DNA of 64,000 nucleotides from a virus. Position numbers and translations under genes: made by a program. This document shows positions 51,885 through 61,560 of the stretch, piece after piece; positions within the stretch are counted from its first letter, which is position 1; every line of letters starts with the position of its first letter. Below the pieces are notes generated by a model. That model was not told the origin of the DNA, did no database searches, and saw only the letters and a program-made list of their open reading frames with translations. The stretch lies in the UHGV virus genome UHGV-0010228; one strand, 5' to 3'.

Positions 51885-52048
51885 ACTGCGAAGGCTGCTA
51901 ATTTATCTCCGAATTTGAATATCTTACTAACAAGCTTGGTATTACCAAGAGCACTAGCCAATTTACCTACATGTGCTGTGGCAAAAGCTGCTACTGCAGC
52001 TCCAAACTTTGCAATTACCCTTACGGTTGATTTTATATTTTTAAACAT
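51878..52048 (-). CDS. small hydrophobic/amphipathic protein (56 aa; MFKNIKSTVRVIAKFGAAVAAFATAHVGKLASALG...)
   Basis: aaggagaaaaaag RBS before the internal Met. First gene of the small-membrane-protein cluster. Confidence 0.4.
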   Translation of the reverse strand: MFKNIKSTVRVIAKFGAAVAAFATAHVGKLASALGNTKLVSKIFKFGDKLAAFAVC

Positions 52049-52244
52049 CTTTTTTCTCCTTCTTTTTAGTTTTGTTAGAATCCATAGATTCTGCCTCATT
52101 AGCATTCTTTCCATATTTATTGTCCATAGCGTCAGTAAATCCTTTTGTTGTAGTAGGATCATAACTTTGATATAATCCCAACGCACCACCGATAATCACG
52201 AAAAGTTCAGCCCAATTAAGCGTTGTTATTTTATTGCGATGCAT
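52041..52244 (-). CDS. small membrane protein (about 67 aa; MHRNKITTLNWAELFVIIGGALGLY...)
   Basis: One TM helix plus a Lys-rich tail. Start uncertain. Confidence 0.35.
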   Translation of the reverse strand: MHRNKITTLNWAELFVIIGGALGLYQSYDPTTTKGFTDAMDNKYGKNANEAESMDSNKTKKKEKKDV

Positions 52245-52411
52245 AAGAAACTTATAAGAGCAAATCCAATAATCGCAAGGCAAACAATTGCTCCTGGAAA
52301 TGACGGTGATCGAACTGCACATTTAGCCAGTTCGCCTGCAACTTCGCCTGTATTGCTAGCAACATTTACTGCGGTATCTCCCGCGTTTTTAACTATTTTA
52401 GATACACTCAT
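52226..52411 (-). CDS. small membrane protein (61 aa; amphipathic N-terminus AVNVASNTGEVAGELAK plus C-terminal TM)
   Basis: aaggaag RBS. Resembles the 52663-53079 N-terminus. Confidence 0.4.
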   Translation of the reverse strand: MSVSKIVKNAGDTAVNVASNTGEVAGELAKCAVRSPSFPGAIVCLAIIGFALISFLCIAIK

Positions 52412-52413
52412 AT

Positions 52414-52644
52414 TTATAACTTCCTTACACTTTCTATCTGAGCCATAACTTCAGGCCCAAATAATATATCTATAGATATATTGATTAACTGAAGAATGAT
52501 ATTTCCTAATGCGCACGACACCTTATAGATACATATACCGAATCCGGTAATGATACCCATTCTTGGTAAATATGTTATCAAATATGCAAAGATAAATAAT
52601 ATTCGCTTACCAATATTGGTAAAGAAATTTTTACACATTTCCAT
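52414..52644 (-). CDS. small membrane protein (76 aa, 2-3 TM)
   Basis: aaaggagaaaa RBS. Hydrophobic. Confidence 0.4.
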   Translation of the reverse strand: MEMCKNFFTNIGKRILFIFAYLITYLPRMGIITGFGICIYKVSCALGNIILQLINISIDILFGPEVMAQIESVRKL

Positions 52645-52662
52645 GTATTTTCTCCTTTCTGA

Positions 52663-53079
52663 TTAGAGACAGAATGCAGCACCTGTTGTGGTATTTTCTT
52701 CTTCCTCATCATCTATATTTATACAGATATCTTCCTCAAATATCTCAATCGTTTCATCTTCATCGTTCTTTTTCTTATTTGTCTTTATAGAATCAGATAT
52801 ATATGAATAGCAAGTGCCAAATACAGATCCTATAATTCTGAGCAAGAATGAAATTGATAATAATGGTAATGAAACTATCTTCGTTGCAACCGTAGCAGCT
52901 TTCTGACCAACAGACTGTTTAGATTTAGGTGTTGATGCGGCTTTCTGCATAACCTTAGTTTTCTTAATAATATTTACAGGAGCCTCTACAATATTAGCTA
53001 CAGTATTTACAACTGCTTCTGCAATAGCACATATTGATGATACTATCGCTTTACCTATATTCAGAATAGACTTTAACAT
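52663..53079 (-). CDS. membrane protein (138 aa): amphipathic N-terminus, TM helix, acidic C-terminus
   Basis: aaaggaggtg RBS. AIAEAVVNTVANIVEAPVN repeats. SLPLLSISFLLRIIGSVFG TM helix. Confidence 0.45.
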   Translation of the reverse strand: MLKSILNIGKAIVSSICAIAEAVVNTVANIVEAPVNIIKKTKVMQKAASTPKSKQSVGQKAATVATKIVSLPLLSISFLLRIIGSVFGTCYSYISDSIKTNKKKNDEDETIEIFEEDICINIDDEEEENTTTGAAFCL

Positions 53080-53154
53080 AATTCACCTCCTTTCCGGTTG
53101 AGGGGATATAACGATTGATTTATTGATTTAGAAGGGAATCATAACCCTTCTCTC

Positions 53155-53183
53155 GTGTTACATTGCATTATAATAATATATTT
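53155..53183 (-). promoter_or_regulatory. conserved 29-nt upstream element, copy 1 (cgtgttacattgcattataataatatatt)
   Basis: Near-identical to 53771-53798. Each copy lies about 70-90 nt upstream of a minus-strand small-membrane-protein gene. Confidence 0.45.
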
Positions 53184-53247
53184 TCATAAAATTTATAAAA
53201 AATAAAGATATTGCTAAAATTAAGCAATATCTTTATTATATGTACAA

Positions 53248-53499
53248 TTATTTAGAATCATCTTTAGACGCATCTTCTTCAACTTCAGTCTCTTTGGCGA
53301 AATCGTCGAATACATTTTTTGAATCATCCCAGTCGTCGTAGAAAAGATACATTAGAGGTATCATTGCACCAGTAATACAGAGCTTATTTGTCGAAGGCTT
53401 TTTATTCTGGAATATTAGTGTTAGGACGACAAATAGAACGGCCAATACAAGACATCCAATTTTCTGTCCAGTTGGATTATCTATTACAGATTTTTGCAA
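53248..53499 (-). CDS. small membrane protein (83 aa) with acidic C-terminus
   Basis: TM helix IGCLVLAVLFVVLTLIF. C-terminus DDWDDSKNVFDDFAKETEVEEDASKDDSK. Confidence 0.4.
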   Translation of the reverse strand: MQKSVIDNPTGQKIGCLVLAVLFVVLTLIFQNKKPSTNKLCITGAMIPLMYLFYDDWDDSKNVFDDFAKETEVEEDASKDDSK

Positions 53500-53524
53500 T
53501 TTTAGTGTCTATCATGATTAAATC

Positions 53525-53707
53525 TCACTTTCGTTTAAAACTGCAAATATTTGCTGATTTGGTTATTACTGATTTTATAACACCGATTATAGTACGAACA
53601 GCAAACTTTGCTTCAATAATAATTGTAAATGCAGCACCTATTCCCATGATTGTGTATATTATTATCATTATAAATTCGCCTAAGCTACCCTGAGTATTAT
53701 TTTTCAT
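53525..53707 (-). CDS. small membrane protein (about 60 aa; MKNNTQGSLGEFIMIIIYTIMGIGAAFTIII...)
   Basis: aaaggaggaaaa RBS before the internal Met. The track ORF extends to 53785. Confidence 0.4.
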   Translation of the reverse strand: MKNNTQGSLGEFIMIIIYTIMGIGAAFTIIIEAKFAVRTIIGVIKSVITKSANICSFKRK

Positions 53708-53770
53708 TACAATTTTCCTCCTTTCTTTTTTAACTAAATTAAGATATTTTTTTAACATGAGCATGAGTTT

Positions 53771-53798
53771 CGTGTTGCATTGCACTATAATAATATAT
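53771..53798 (-). promoter_or_regulatory. conserved 29-nt upstream element, copy 2 (cgtgttgcattgcactataataatatat)
   Basis: See copy 1. Confidence 0.45.
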
Positions 53799-53880
53799 CA
53801 TTATTTTTTGTCAATTTTTATAGTCATATAAATAAGGGTATCAACAAAATCTTAATCTTAATAAGGAAGGAAGTGATAAA

Positions 53881-55752
53881 ATGAATGGTGTTATCACAAT
53901 GGCTTCCTCTTCGGCTAGTAGTTTATTTGGTAATGTAGGGTGTGGAATTAGAGAATTAATATTGTCTAAATTTCCACCAAATTATTTCAAATATACTAAT
54001 GTATCTACTGAATTAGCATTTAGAAATTTTAGTAGAGTCTTAGGGAGAAATTCATTAAACGAAATTCGTAAAAGAGTAAAGCCTTATATTGTAATACAAC
54101 CAGTATATCAAGTTCCTGAACAAGATTCTTTTCTACAGGGAATAAATCTTACTAAAAATATCGATGATTTAGAATATGGTATTAGTGGTAAAGAATTATT
54201 TACTGTACTTAAAGATGATAAATATGATTATAATTTAAAATTCAAATTAAATCGTGATAAAATAGAGTATGAAGTAAGAATAGCTGTTGAATCATTGCAT
54301 CAACAGTTAGATCTTTATAAGGCATTGCAGAATCATATTGTATGGGAGCGTAGTTATTTTCATCCTATGGCATTAGAATCCGTGATACCTAAGAATGTAA
54401 TATATTATATAAGTCATTTATGTCGTATGGATGTTGATGAACACCCTGAAATGATACCAGTATTCTTAAAGCATATGAATGCTGTTAGTGCAGGATATCC
54501 TATCACATATAAGATGAGGAATGCTAGTGCTACAGATGAATATTTTATGTATTATATGCATAATGTTGTAGTTACTTTCTATGACTTTAATTTAGATAGT
54601 GTAGAGAAACGTAATATGGTAGATGATCATTACGAATTATCATTTAGGGTATCTGCAGAATTTAATTTACCAGGATTATATATCATAGATGGTAATGTTG
54701 ATCATGCATATCAGATTAAGAGTTGGATTGAAAGTAAACCAGATATAAATAGTATATCAGATGCAGATACTGATTATATACCACTATTTACATATTCTAA
54801 TTTATGGAATAGATATCCTAGAGAGAAGAATGGTATGCAGTTGTATGGTACTACTATATTTACCACTGATAATAAAAATAGTAGATATCATTATGATAAT
54901 ATTGATATTGGTTCCGTATTCGACTTGGACCATACAAGAGTTATCAATTATTATGCATCATATAATAGCCTAGATACTATTATGCAAGTATATGTACTTA
55001 AGAATCAACATGAATTAGAAAGAGGAACGGAATTCTATTTTGATTGGAGTGCTATGGATGTAGTTATTATTAATCCTGATAATAAAGCAACTTATAGACT
55101 TATAATTTACATAGATTCTGCTAGATTTAATGAAATAATAAGAGATAAAATTGAAGAAACTTATATATCTGATAAATCTAAACTTAAAGAAAATAAGATC
55201 GATTGGATGCATATGTTTGATTCATATAAAATTCCAACTTTCTTATTGGATAAGGACTGTTTTGATGATCATGATGAGTTCTACATAAAGATTGATGATG
55301 AAGAACAGTCTGTTGGTATCAGTAATGTACATGATAAAGAATTTACAAATATTGAAGAAGCCAATAATAAACCATTCGGTATGGAATCTATATTTATTCT
55401 TTCAGTATGGGAATATATCTTCGGAGTTGATAGGGCTAAATTATTATTAAAGACTCAGAAGTTTGATGAATATAGTTATGGATACTATATGTACGATGAT
55501 GATAATGAAAAATGTTATATCACTAACTTTATTACATATAATCCAGAAGAAAAATCAGACTATTATGTTCAAATAATGTTTAGTTGGAAAAATATCTTAG
55601 GCGATAATTGCTTCGAATTATATGGATCTGATATATCTGATGATAATAAATCTGAAACGTTTATGATAATAGATGGAAAGAGATATTCTATAACGAACTT
55701 TGTTGATAACTATAAGACATCTCGTCCATCAGATGATATAATTCGCATATGA
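53881..55752 (+). CDS. hypothetical protein (623 aa)
   Basis: Long ORF with aaggaaggaag RBS. Confidence 0.5.
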   Translation: MNGVITMASSSASSLFGNVGCGIRELILSKFPPNYFKYTNVSTELAFRNFSRVLGRNSLNEIRKRVKPYIVIQPVYQVPEQDSFLQGINLTKNIDDLEYGISGKELFTVLKDDKYDYNLKFKLNRDKIEYEVRIAVESLHQQLDLYKALQNHIVWERSYFHPMALESVIPKNVIYYISHLCRMDVDEHPEMIPVFLKHMNAVSAGYPITYKMRNASATDEYFMYYMHNVVVTFYDFNLDSVEKRNMVDDHYELSFRVSAEFNLPGLYIIDGNVDHAYQIKSWIESKPDINSISDADTDYIPLFTYSNLWNRYPREKNGMQLYGTTIFTTDNKNSRYHYDNIDIGSVFDLDHTRVINYYASYNSLDTIMQVYVLKNQHELERGTEFYFDWSAMDVVIINPDNKATYRLIIYIDSARFNEIIRDKIEETYISDKSKLKENKIDWMHMFDSYKIPTFLLDKDCFDDHDEFYIKIDDEEQSVGISNVHDKEFTNIEEANNKPFGMESIFILSVWEYIFGVDRAKLLLKTQKFDEYSYGYYMYDDDNEKCYITNFITYNPEEKSDYYVQIMFSWKNILGDNCFELYGSDISDDNKSETFMIIDGKRYSITNFVDNYKTSRPSDDIIRI

Positions 55753-55837
55753 TAATAATCAAACAAATGCATAAAGCTTAATTAATATATTTTGGTATTA
55801 ATTAATCCTTTGAGATTTTAATAAAGGAGGTTATAAT

Positions 55838-57043
55838 ATGCCACACGATATATTATATGATACAACATATATATCAAAAGATGGTGAACGGAATGGATAT
55901 CCATATCCAAATCCTAACGGATATCCACCTCCACCACCATATCCACCGTACCCGTACCCACCATATCCTGGGCAGCCTGTACCTCCTCCACCAAAGCCAC
56001 CAACAACGAGTGATATTAATAAACCGTACTATGCAACTCATGGTACGCCTACTAAAATCACTCCGATGTTTAGGACTATTAATGGAGTAGAATATCAGGT
56101 ATTACCAGAAACGGTTACAGATGCGGTATATGATCGTGATGGACTTAATCTTACAGCAATTCTTGAATCACTTGCAAGAACTGAAGATCTTAAACCATTT
56201 ACAAATCGTCTTGAGCAGCTCAAGATGGCTGTTACAATTAAAGGCATTCTTGTAAATGATGAGGTAAGTAACGCAATAGATAAGCTTTATGGTATGACAT
56301 CTATGTCCATAGGTGATTTATACTTAGTAGAATCAAGGAATTTTGGTAGTGAAGTAAGTTATGATCAGTATTTATATGTAGGAATTGAACATGGATGGAT
56401 GTATTGTGGTACATCAGTACAAGCACAGAATGTAACTGCATATATACATACACATGTAAATAAAGATGTACTTGATGCTATACCAGAATTAGTTGCTGAT
56501 AAAGAAATAGTTCCACCTGGATCTGTATTAATGACAGCTGGTGATGGAACATCATTAATGTGGGCCGACGGAGTTATAACAGAAGTAACTTTAAAAGAAC
56601 ACAATGATGATCAAAAAGCTCATCCATATTTAAGATTCTTAATAAATGAAAAAGCTGATAAAGCTATTGGATATAATGATGTGCTTAAGGTTGATAATTG
56701 GACAGAATCTGCAGATGGACAGAATTTTGTGTATGAATATATTAGCAAATATATTCCTGATAATGCATATGTTTCAATTCTTCCTATAGAAGATTCAGCG
56801 GGAAAGATTGCTGATGCTATTTCTAAAGCTGAAATTCAGTCAAGTTTTGAAATTAGTAGTCCTATATCAGGAATTACCAGAGCGGTTATTCGTGCAACAT
56901 ATAGACCTACTATAGATATTCCAATCTTTGTAAAGGTCGATCACGATTTAGTAATGCAGGATAATGAAATCCCAGATAAGTGCCAGAATTGTAAGTGCTT
57001 TGATGGGGAACATTGTTGCATGAGCACATGCATTCATTACTAA
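55838..57043 (+). CDS. Pro/Tyr-rich (PPII/collagen-like) N-terminal protein with Cys-rich C-terminus (401 aa); probable fibre/adhesin component
   Basis: YPYPNPNGYPPPPPYPPYPYPPYPGQPVPPPPKPP. C-terminus CQNCKCFDGEHCCMSTC. aaaggagg RBS. Confidence 0.45.
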   Translation: MPHDILYDTTYISKDGERNGYPYPNPNGYPPPPPYPPYPYPPYPGQPVPPPPKPPTTSDINKPYYATHGTPTKITPMFRTINGVEYQVLPETVTDAVYDRDGLNLTAILESLARTEDLKPFTNRLEQLKMAVTIKGILVNDEVSNAIDKLYGMTSMSIGDLYLVESRNFGSEVSYDQYLYVGIEHGWMYCGTSVQAQNVTAYIHTHVNKDVLDAIPELVADKEIVPPGSVLMTAGDGTSLMWADGVITEVTLKEHNDDQKAHPYLRFLINEKADKAIGYNDVLKVDNWTESADGQNFVYEYISKYIPDNAYVSILPIEDSAGKIADAISKAEIQSSFEISSPISGITRAVIRATYRPTIDIPIFVKVDHDLVMQDNEIPDKCQNCKCFDGEHCCMSTCIHY

Positions 57044-57128
57044 ACATTTATATTAATAATATGAATCATTTTTTGATTCGTTTTATTCTCATATTTTATA
57101 AATAATTTATAAAAGGAGGAAATTTCAC

Positions 57129-58307
57129 ATGAGTGGAAAAGTAATTGGTTCATTTAATCTGCCAACACCGAAGCCACATACAACTAACGTAATTTCTAAG
57201 GTTAGAGGCGAAGGTCAGACTGATGCAGCTATAATTGCTGAAGTTATTGCAGATGGATCATATGTTCTTGCTGCTGGCGATATGCTCACTATTCTTGATA
57301 TGAAGGATGAGTCTATCGTTGGTGAGGTTGCATATGCCTATGATGGTACAGAATTTAAGCCATTAAATTATGCATTAGATGCATCTAAGGTATACTTTAC
57401 ATCAGACATTACATGTGCAGGTCAGTATACTGCAGTTGGTAATGTTACTAAGTCTACTACAGGTACAACTACAATTGCATCTTCAGGTAAGACAGTAATG
57501 GATGTATTCCAGACTATCTTTACTAAGAAGCTTCAGCCAACTATCACTAAGCAGCCATCAGTAACGGGTTTTGCTCTTACTGGTGCTGGTAAGGTGGAAG
57601 CTGGTACTAAGGTTGCTTCTGCAGTATTTGGTACTGCTAAGCTTGATCCAGGTGCTTATACTTATGGTCCAGCAACTGGTATTGAAGCTGCTGCATTCTC
57701 TGTAGATAGAGTTGCACTCCCTGCAGACTCTAGTGCAACAGGTGTTGTAGCTGCAGCTAGTGGTACTGATGATAATGGTGGTGCTGGTTTCATAATTGGT
57801 GACCAGGGTGGTGATGGAGTTGTTTCTTCACTCGCTTATAAGTGTACAGTAACTTACCCAGAAGGTGCAGTTGCTAACGATAACCTTGGTGGTGCATCTG
57901 ATCCAGTTGTTAAGATTGCCGCTGGTTCTAAGACTCTTACTACAACAGCTTATACACCATTCAGAAAGTATTTCTATGGTTGCAAGACTTCTCAGGTAGA
58001 TGAAGTTAATTCTGCATTTGTAAGAGGCCTCACTAACTCTACCGGTGCTGCCGCTAAGGGTACTAAGATCACAATCTCAGTTCCTGGTGGTGCAACTAGA
58101 GTTGTAATTGCTTATCCTGCTACACTCGGTGATCTCACTGCAGTTGAGGATAAGAATGCTTTTGGTACAGATATCAAGGGCTCATTCGTTAAATCTGTAG
58201 TAGCAGTTGAAGGTGCGAATGGTTATACTGCAATCGATTACAAAGTATATGTAATGGATTCAGGTATTGCTCTTGCCGCTAATACTCTTACTGCTACAAT
58301 CGGTTAA
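57129..58307 (+). CDS. abundant structural protein (392 aa, Gly/Thr/Ala-rich beta-type), fibre or decoration protein
   Basis: High-expression codon usage. aaaaggagg RBS. Confidence 0.45.
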   Translation: MSGKVIGSFNLPTPKPHTTNVISKVRGEGQTDAAIIAEVIADGSYVLAAGDMLTILDMKDESIVGEVAYAYDGTEFKPLNYALDASKVYFTSDITCAGQYTAVGNVTKSTTGTTTIASSGKTVMDVFQTIFTKKLQPTITKQPSVTGFALTGAGKVEAGTKVASAVFGTAKLDPGAYTYGPATGIEAAAFSVDRVALPADSSATGVVAAASGTDDNGGAGFIIGDQGGDGVVSSLAYKCTVTYPEGAVANDNLGGASDPVVKIAAGSKTLTTTAYTPFRKYFYGCKTSQVDEVNSAFVRGLTNSTGAAAKGTKITISVPGGATRVVIAYPATLGDLTAVEDKNAFGTDIKGSFVKSVVAVEGANGYTAIDYKVYVMDSGIALAANTLTATIG

Positions 58308-58326
58308 TAGAAGGGAGGATAAATAA

Positions 58327-61300
58327 ATGGCTAATTTTGAATTTAATGGAGCAACATTAGACTGGGCGTTAGCGTTTAAGCGTACTGGTGCGTTCCCAGT
58401 TGATCTCTCTTCAATGTTCACTTCTTATGCTGATGCTGTAAAGTATGCAGCAGGAGACGGTTCTGATGCTAGAGGACTTGGAAAGACATCATATATTGGT
58501 CAGCCAATCGTAGTATCAGAAAATGATGAAGTTCATATGTATATCATTAAGAGTGATAGAACTCTTGGTGAAGTTGGTGCAGCATTCAATGGTGATAACG
58601 TTTCTCTGGTAGTTACTGACAATGAGGATGGTTCTAAGACACTTGCAGTCGCTGGTGTTAAGGATGCTACAGTTGGTCAGACTCCAGTTATTTATAATGC
58701 AGGTACTGAAGAATCACCTGTAATGGGTATTAAGTGGATAACTCCAGACACTTCTACTGTAGAAGGACTTACAACAACAGTTGGAAATCTTAAGACTACA
58801 GTTGAAGAGCATACTACTACACTTGGTACACATGGTACAGATATTGAAGATCTCAAGACAGGTAAGGCTGATAAGGCTACTACACTCGCTGGTTATGGTA
58901 TCGAAGATGCTTATACTAAGAGCGAAATTGATGGTAAGCTTACTGGTGCTCTTCATTATAAGGGTACAAAGGAAACATTTGAAGCTCTTACAACAGATAC
59001 TGAATATACGCCTACAATTGGTGATACATGGAACATTACAACAGCTGGTGGTACTGATGCTAGTGGTACTGCTATTAAGGCTGGAGATAATGTTATTTAT
59101 AATGGTACTGGTTGGGATGCTTCGTCAGGTACAACTGATCTTTCTGCATACTATACTAAGAATGAAGTAAATACTACAGTTAGTGGTATTAATGATAAGA
59201 TCACTGCTATAAATGAAAAACTCGATACTGTTTCATCAGATGCAACTAAGGCTGAAAAGTCAGATGTTAATGGTAACATCAAGATTGATGGTGTTGAAAC
59301 TAAGGTTTATACTCTTCCAACTGCAGGTGAAGATCTTGGTGGTATTAAGTCTGCTACTGGCGATAATAAGGTTGTAGTTGATACTGAATCTGGAGAAGCA
59401 AGCGTTGCTTCTATTGCGGCGTCTACAATCAATGGCCAGACTACAGCAGATAAGCTTTACATCAACGAAGCTGCTGTTGCTGTTGCTGATATATTTGAAA
59501 CAACTGGTGCTGCTAAGTCTGCTTCTAAGGTTAATAAGACTCTCAAGATTGGTGAGAAGGAATTTGATGGTTCCGCTGCAGTCGAAATTACATCTGCTGA
59601 TGTTCCATTACCTGCAGACGTTGCTAAAACAGCAGATATTACTAAGCTTCAGGAACAGATTACTGCAAATGGTACAGCTATAGAAGGCCTTAAGACTGAT
59701 AAGGCTGATGTAGCAACTACACTTGCCGGTTATGGTATTGCTGATGCTTATACTAAGTCTGAAGTTGATACTGAACTTGCTAAGAAGCTCGAAGCTGCAG
59801 CTCTCGATAATTATGTAGAATATACTGACTATGCTACTGCTGAAAAGGGTGGTACAGTTAAGTCTTCTGAAGCTAAGGATGAAATCCTTGTTAAGTCAAC
59901 TGGTATTATGAGCCTTAATACAGTATCTGCTGATAAGGTTGATGGTACAGTTGCTTCTGCTGCTGATGTAACTTCTACTATAAATGGTAAGGCAATTAGC
60001 ACTATCTTTGAAGAAGATGGTGTAACAGCTAAGGCTGCTTCTAAGCTCGCTGCTGCTAGAACTATTTCTGTTGCTGGTGCTGCTACTGGTAGTGCAACAT
60101 TTGATGGTTCAGGTGATGCTGAAATTACTGTTGCGCTTAAGGATTCTGGTGTAACTGCAGGTACTTACACAAAGGTAACTGTAGATGCTAAGGGTCTTGT
60201 AACTGAAGGTGCTGCACTTGCTGCTGCTGATATTCCTGATCTTACACTTGCTAAGATTACAGATGCTAAGGCACTTGCTGCTAAAGATAAGGTAGCTAGA
60301 ACTGATATCACTGAAGAATTTGAAGCTGAAATTGCTGCACTTGAAGGTGCTAATCATACACATGATAACAAGTCAGTTCTTGATGGTATTTCATCTGCAA
60401 AGGTAACTGCATGGGATAAGGCTGTTGAAGATGTTGCTAAGAAGGCAGATTCTGCAACAACTCTTGCTGGTTATGGTATTGAAGATGCTTATACTAAGGC
60501 TGAAGTAAATGGTATGGTTGCTGGTGCATTCCACTATAAGGGTACAAAGGAAACTCTTGCTGCTCTTACTGGTGATACTGAATATACGCCTGCAACTGGT
60601 GATACATGGAACATTACAACAGCTGGTGGTACTGATGCTAATGGTACTGCTATTAAGGCTGGAGATAATGTTTGCTATAATGGTGAAGGATGGGATGTAC
60701 TTGCTGGTACAACTGATCTTTCTGCATACTACAACAGAACTGAAGTCAATGACGCATTAGCTAAGAAGGCTGACAAGGATGCATTCGATACAGTATCTGG
60801 TAAGGTAGATACACTTGTAACTGAAGTTGAAGATGCTGAAACTGGTCTCATTAAGAAGGTTACTGATGTTGTAGCTGAGTCTGCTCAGAATAAGAAGGAC
60901 ATCACAACTATTAATGAAACTACAATTCCAGCTCTTGATACTAGAGTTAAGAGTGCAGAAGAATCACTCGCTGCACTTACAGGTGATGGTGAAGATTCTG
61001 TTGCTGCAAAGGTTAAGGCTGTTGACGATAAGGTTACAGAATTAACTACAACAGTTACTGATAATAAGACAGCATTTGATGATCATCTTACAGCTGAAAC
61101 TGCTCATAAGGCTCTCTTTGATAAGAAGGCTGATAAGCCATTCAGTGCTACAGTAACATTTACTAGAGCTGCTAATGCTACAGCTCTTACTGGAACTATG
61201 ACTAATGCTGCATTTGCTGAAGATATTGATTACATTATCAATCTTAATGCTGCTACTGCAGCTGCAGAGAATGTAATTCGTGAACTCGAATGCTCTACAG

Positions 61301-61428
61301 TTCCAACTATTACAATTAGTGCTGGTAAGGCAGAAATTTCTATCGAATGTGCTGCTAAAACTAGCGAAACTGAGTCTACTGCTGAGATTACAGTTCAGGT
61401 ATTTCCAGCAGGTACTACAGTAGCGTAA
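58327..61428 (+). CDS. large fibre protein (1033 aa) with internal repeats of about 100 aa
   Basis: The repeat unit ATTLAGYGIEDAYTK...HYKGTKET..AALTxDTEYTP..GDTWNITTAGGTDAxGTAIKAGDNV.YNG.GWD occurs at about residues 180-280 and 700-800, with a third partial copy near residue 465. aagggagg RBS. Confidence 0.6.
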   Translation: MANFEFNGATLDWALAFKRTGAFPVDLSSMFTSYADAVKYAAGDGSDARGLGKTSYIGQPIVVSENDEVHMYIIKSDRTLGEVGAAFNGDNVSLVVTDNEDGSKTLAVAGVKDATVGQTPVIYNAGTEESPVMGIKWITPDTSTVEGLTTTVGNLKTTVEEHTTTLGTHGTDIEDLKTGKADKATTLAGYGIEDAYTKSEIDGKLTGALHYKGTKETFEALTTDTEYTPTIGDTWNITTAGGTDASGTAIKAGDNVIYNGTGWDASSGTTDLSAYYTKNEVNTTVSGINDKITAINEKLDTVSSDATKAEKSDVNGNIKIDGVETKVYTLPTAGEDLGGIKSATGDNKVVVDTESGEASVASIAASTINGQTTADKLYINEAAVAVADIFETTGAAKSASKVNKTLKIGEKEFDGSAAVEITSADVPLPADVAKTADITKLQEQITANGTAIEGLKTDKADVATTLAGYGIADAYTKSEVDTELAKKLEAAALDNYVEYTDYATAEKGGTVKSSEAKDEILVKSTGIMSLNTVSADKVDGTVASAADVTSTINGKAISTIFEEDGVTAKAASKLAAARTISVAGAATGSATFDGSGDAEITVALKDSGVTAGTYTKVTVDAKGLVTEGAALAAADIPDLTLAKITDAKALAAKDKVARTDITEEFEAEIAALEGANHTHDNKSVLDGISSAKVTAWDKAVEDVAKKADSATTLAGYGIEDAYTKAEVNGMVAGAFHYKGTKETLAALTGDTEYTPATGDTWNITTAGGTDANGTAIKAGDNVCYNGEGWDVLAGTTDLSAYYNRTEVNDALAKKADKDAFDTVSGKVDTLVTEVEDAETGLIKKVTDVVAESAQNKKDITTINETTIPALDTRVKSAEESLAALTGDGEDSVAAKVKAVDDKVTELTTTVTDNKTAFDDHLTAETAHKALFDKKADKPFSATVTFTRAANATALTGTMTNAAFAEDIDYIINLNAATAAAENVIRELECSTVPTITISAGKAEISIECAAKTSETESTAEITVQVFPAGTTVA
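58925..59165 (+). repeat. intragenic direct repeat, copy 1 (about 240 bp, roughly 90% identical to 60500-60745)
   Basis: Near-identical amino-acid blocks, and the artefactual off-frame ORFs 58781-59170 and 60509-60760 share IRVQRK..LNIRLQLVIHGTLQQLVVLML. Confidence 0.55.
60500..60745 (+). repeat. intragenic direct repeat, copy 2
   Basis: See copy 1. Confidence 0.55.
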
Positions 61429-61458
61429 TATAAATAACCTCACTATTTAATAATTAAT

Positions 61459-61500
61459 TTAAATAGGGGGGGGGGTAAAATTACCCCCCCCCTATTTAAT
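61459..61500. terminator. perfect G10-loop-C10 hairpin (ttaaata G10 taaaatta C10 tatttaa); likely terminator and homopolymer hotspot
   Basis: Read directly from the sequence. Lies between the fibre gene and the next gene. Confidence 0.5.
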
Positions 61501-61560
61501 GCATATATTTAGCACTCAACTCACGCATTATTTCATCATACTTTAGGAGGGTTAGAAACC

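Noticed and set aside
58714-61443. Leu-rich ORFs on alternative frames and on the antisense strand within the fibre gene (58714-58956, 58781-59170, 59378-59683, 60109-60363, 60509-60760, 61042-61443)
   Set aside because: They are artefacts of GCT/GGT-rich repetitive coding sequence. They lack an RBS and are nested in a strongly supported long ORF.
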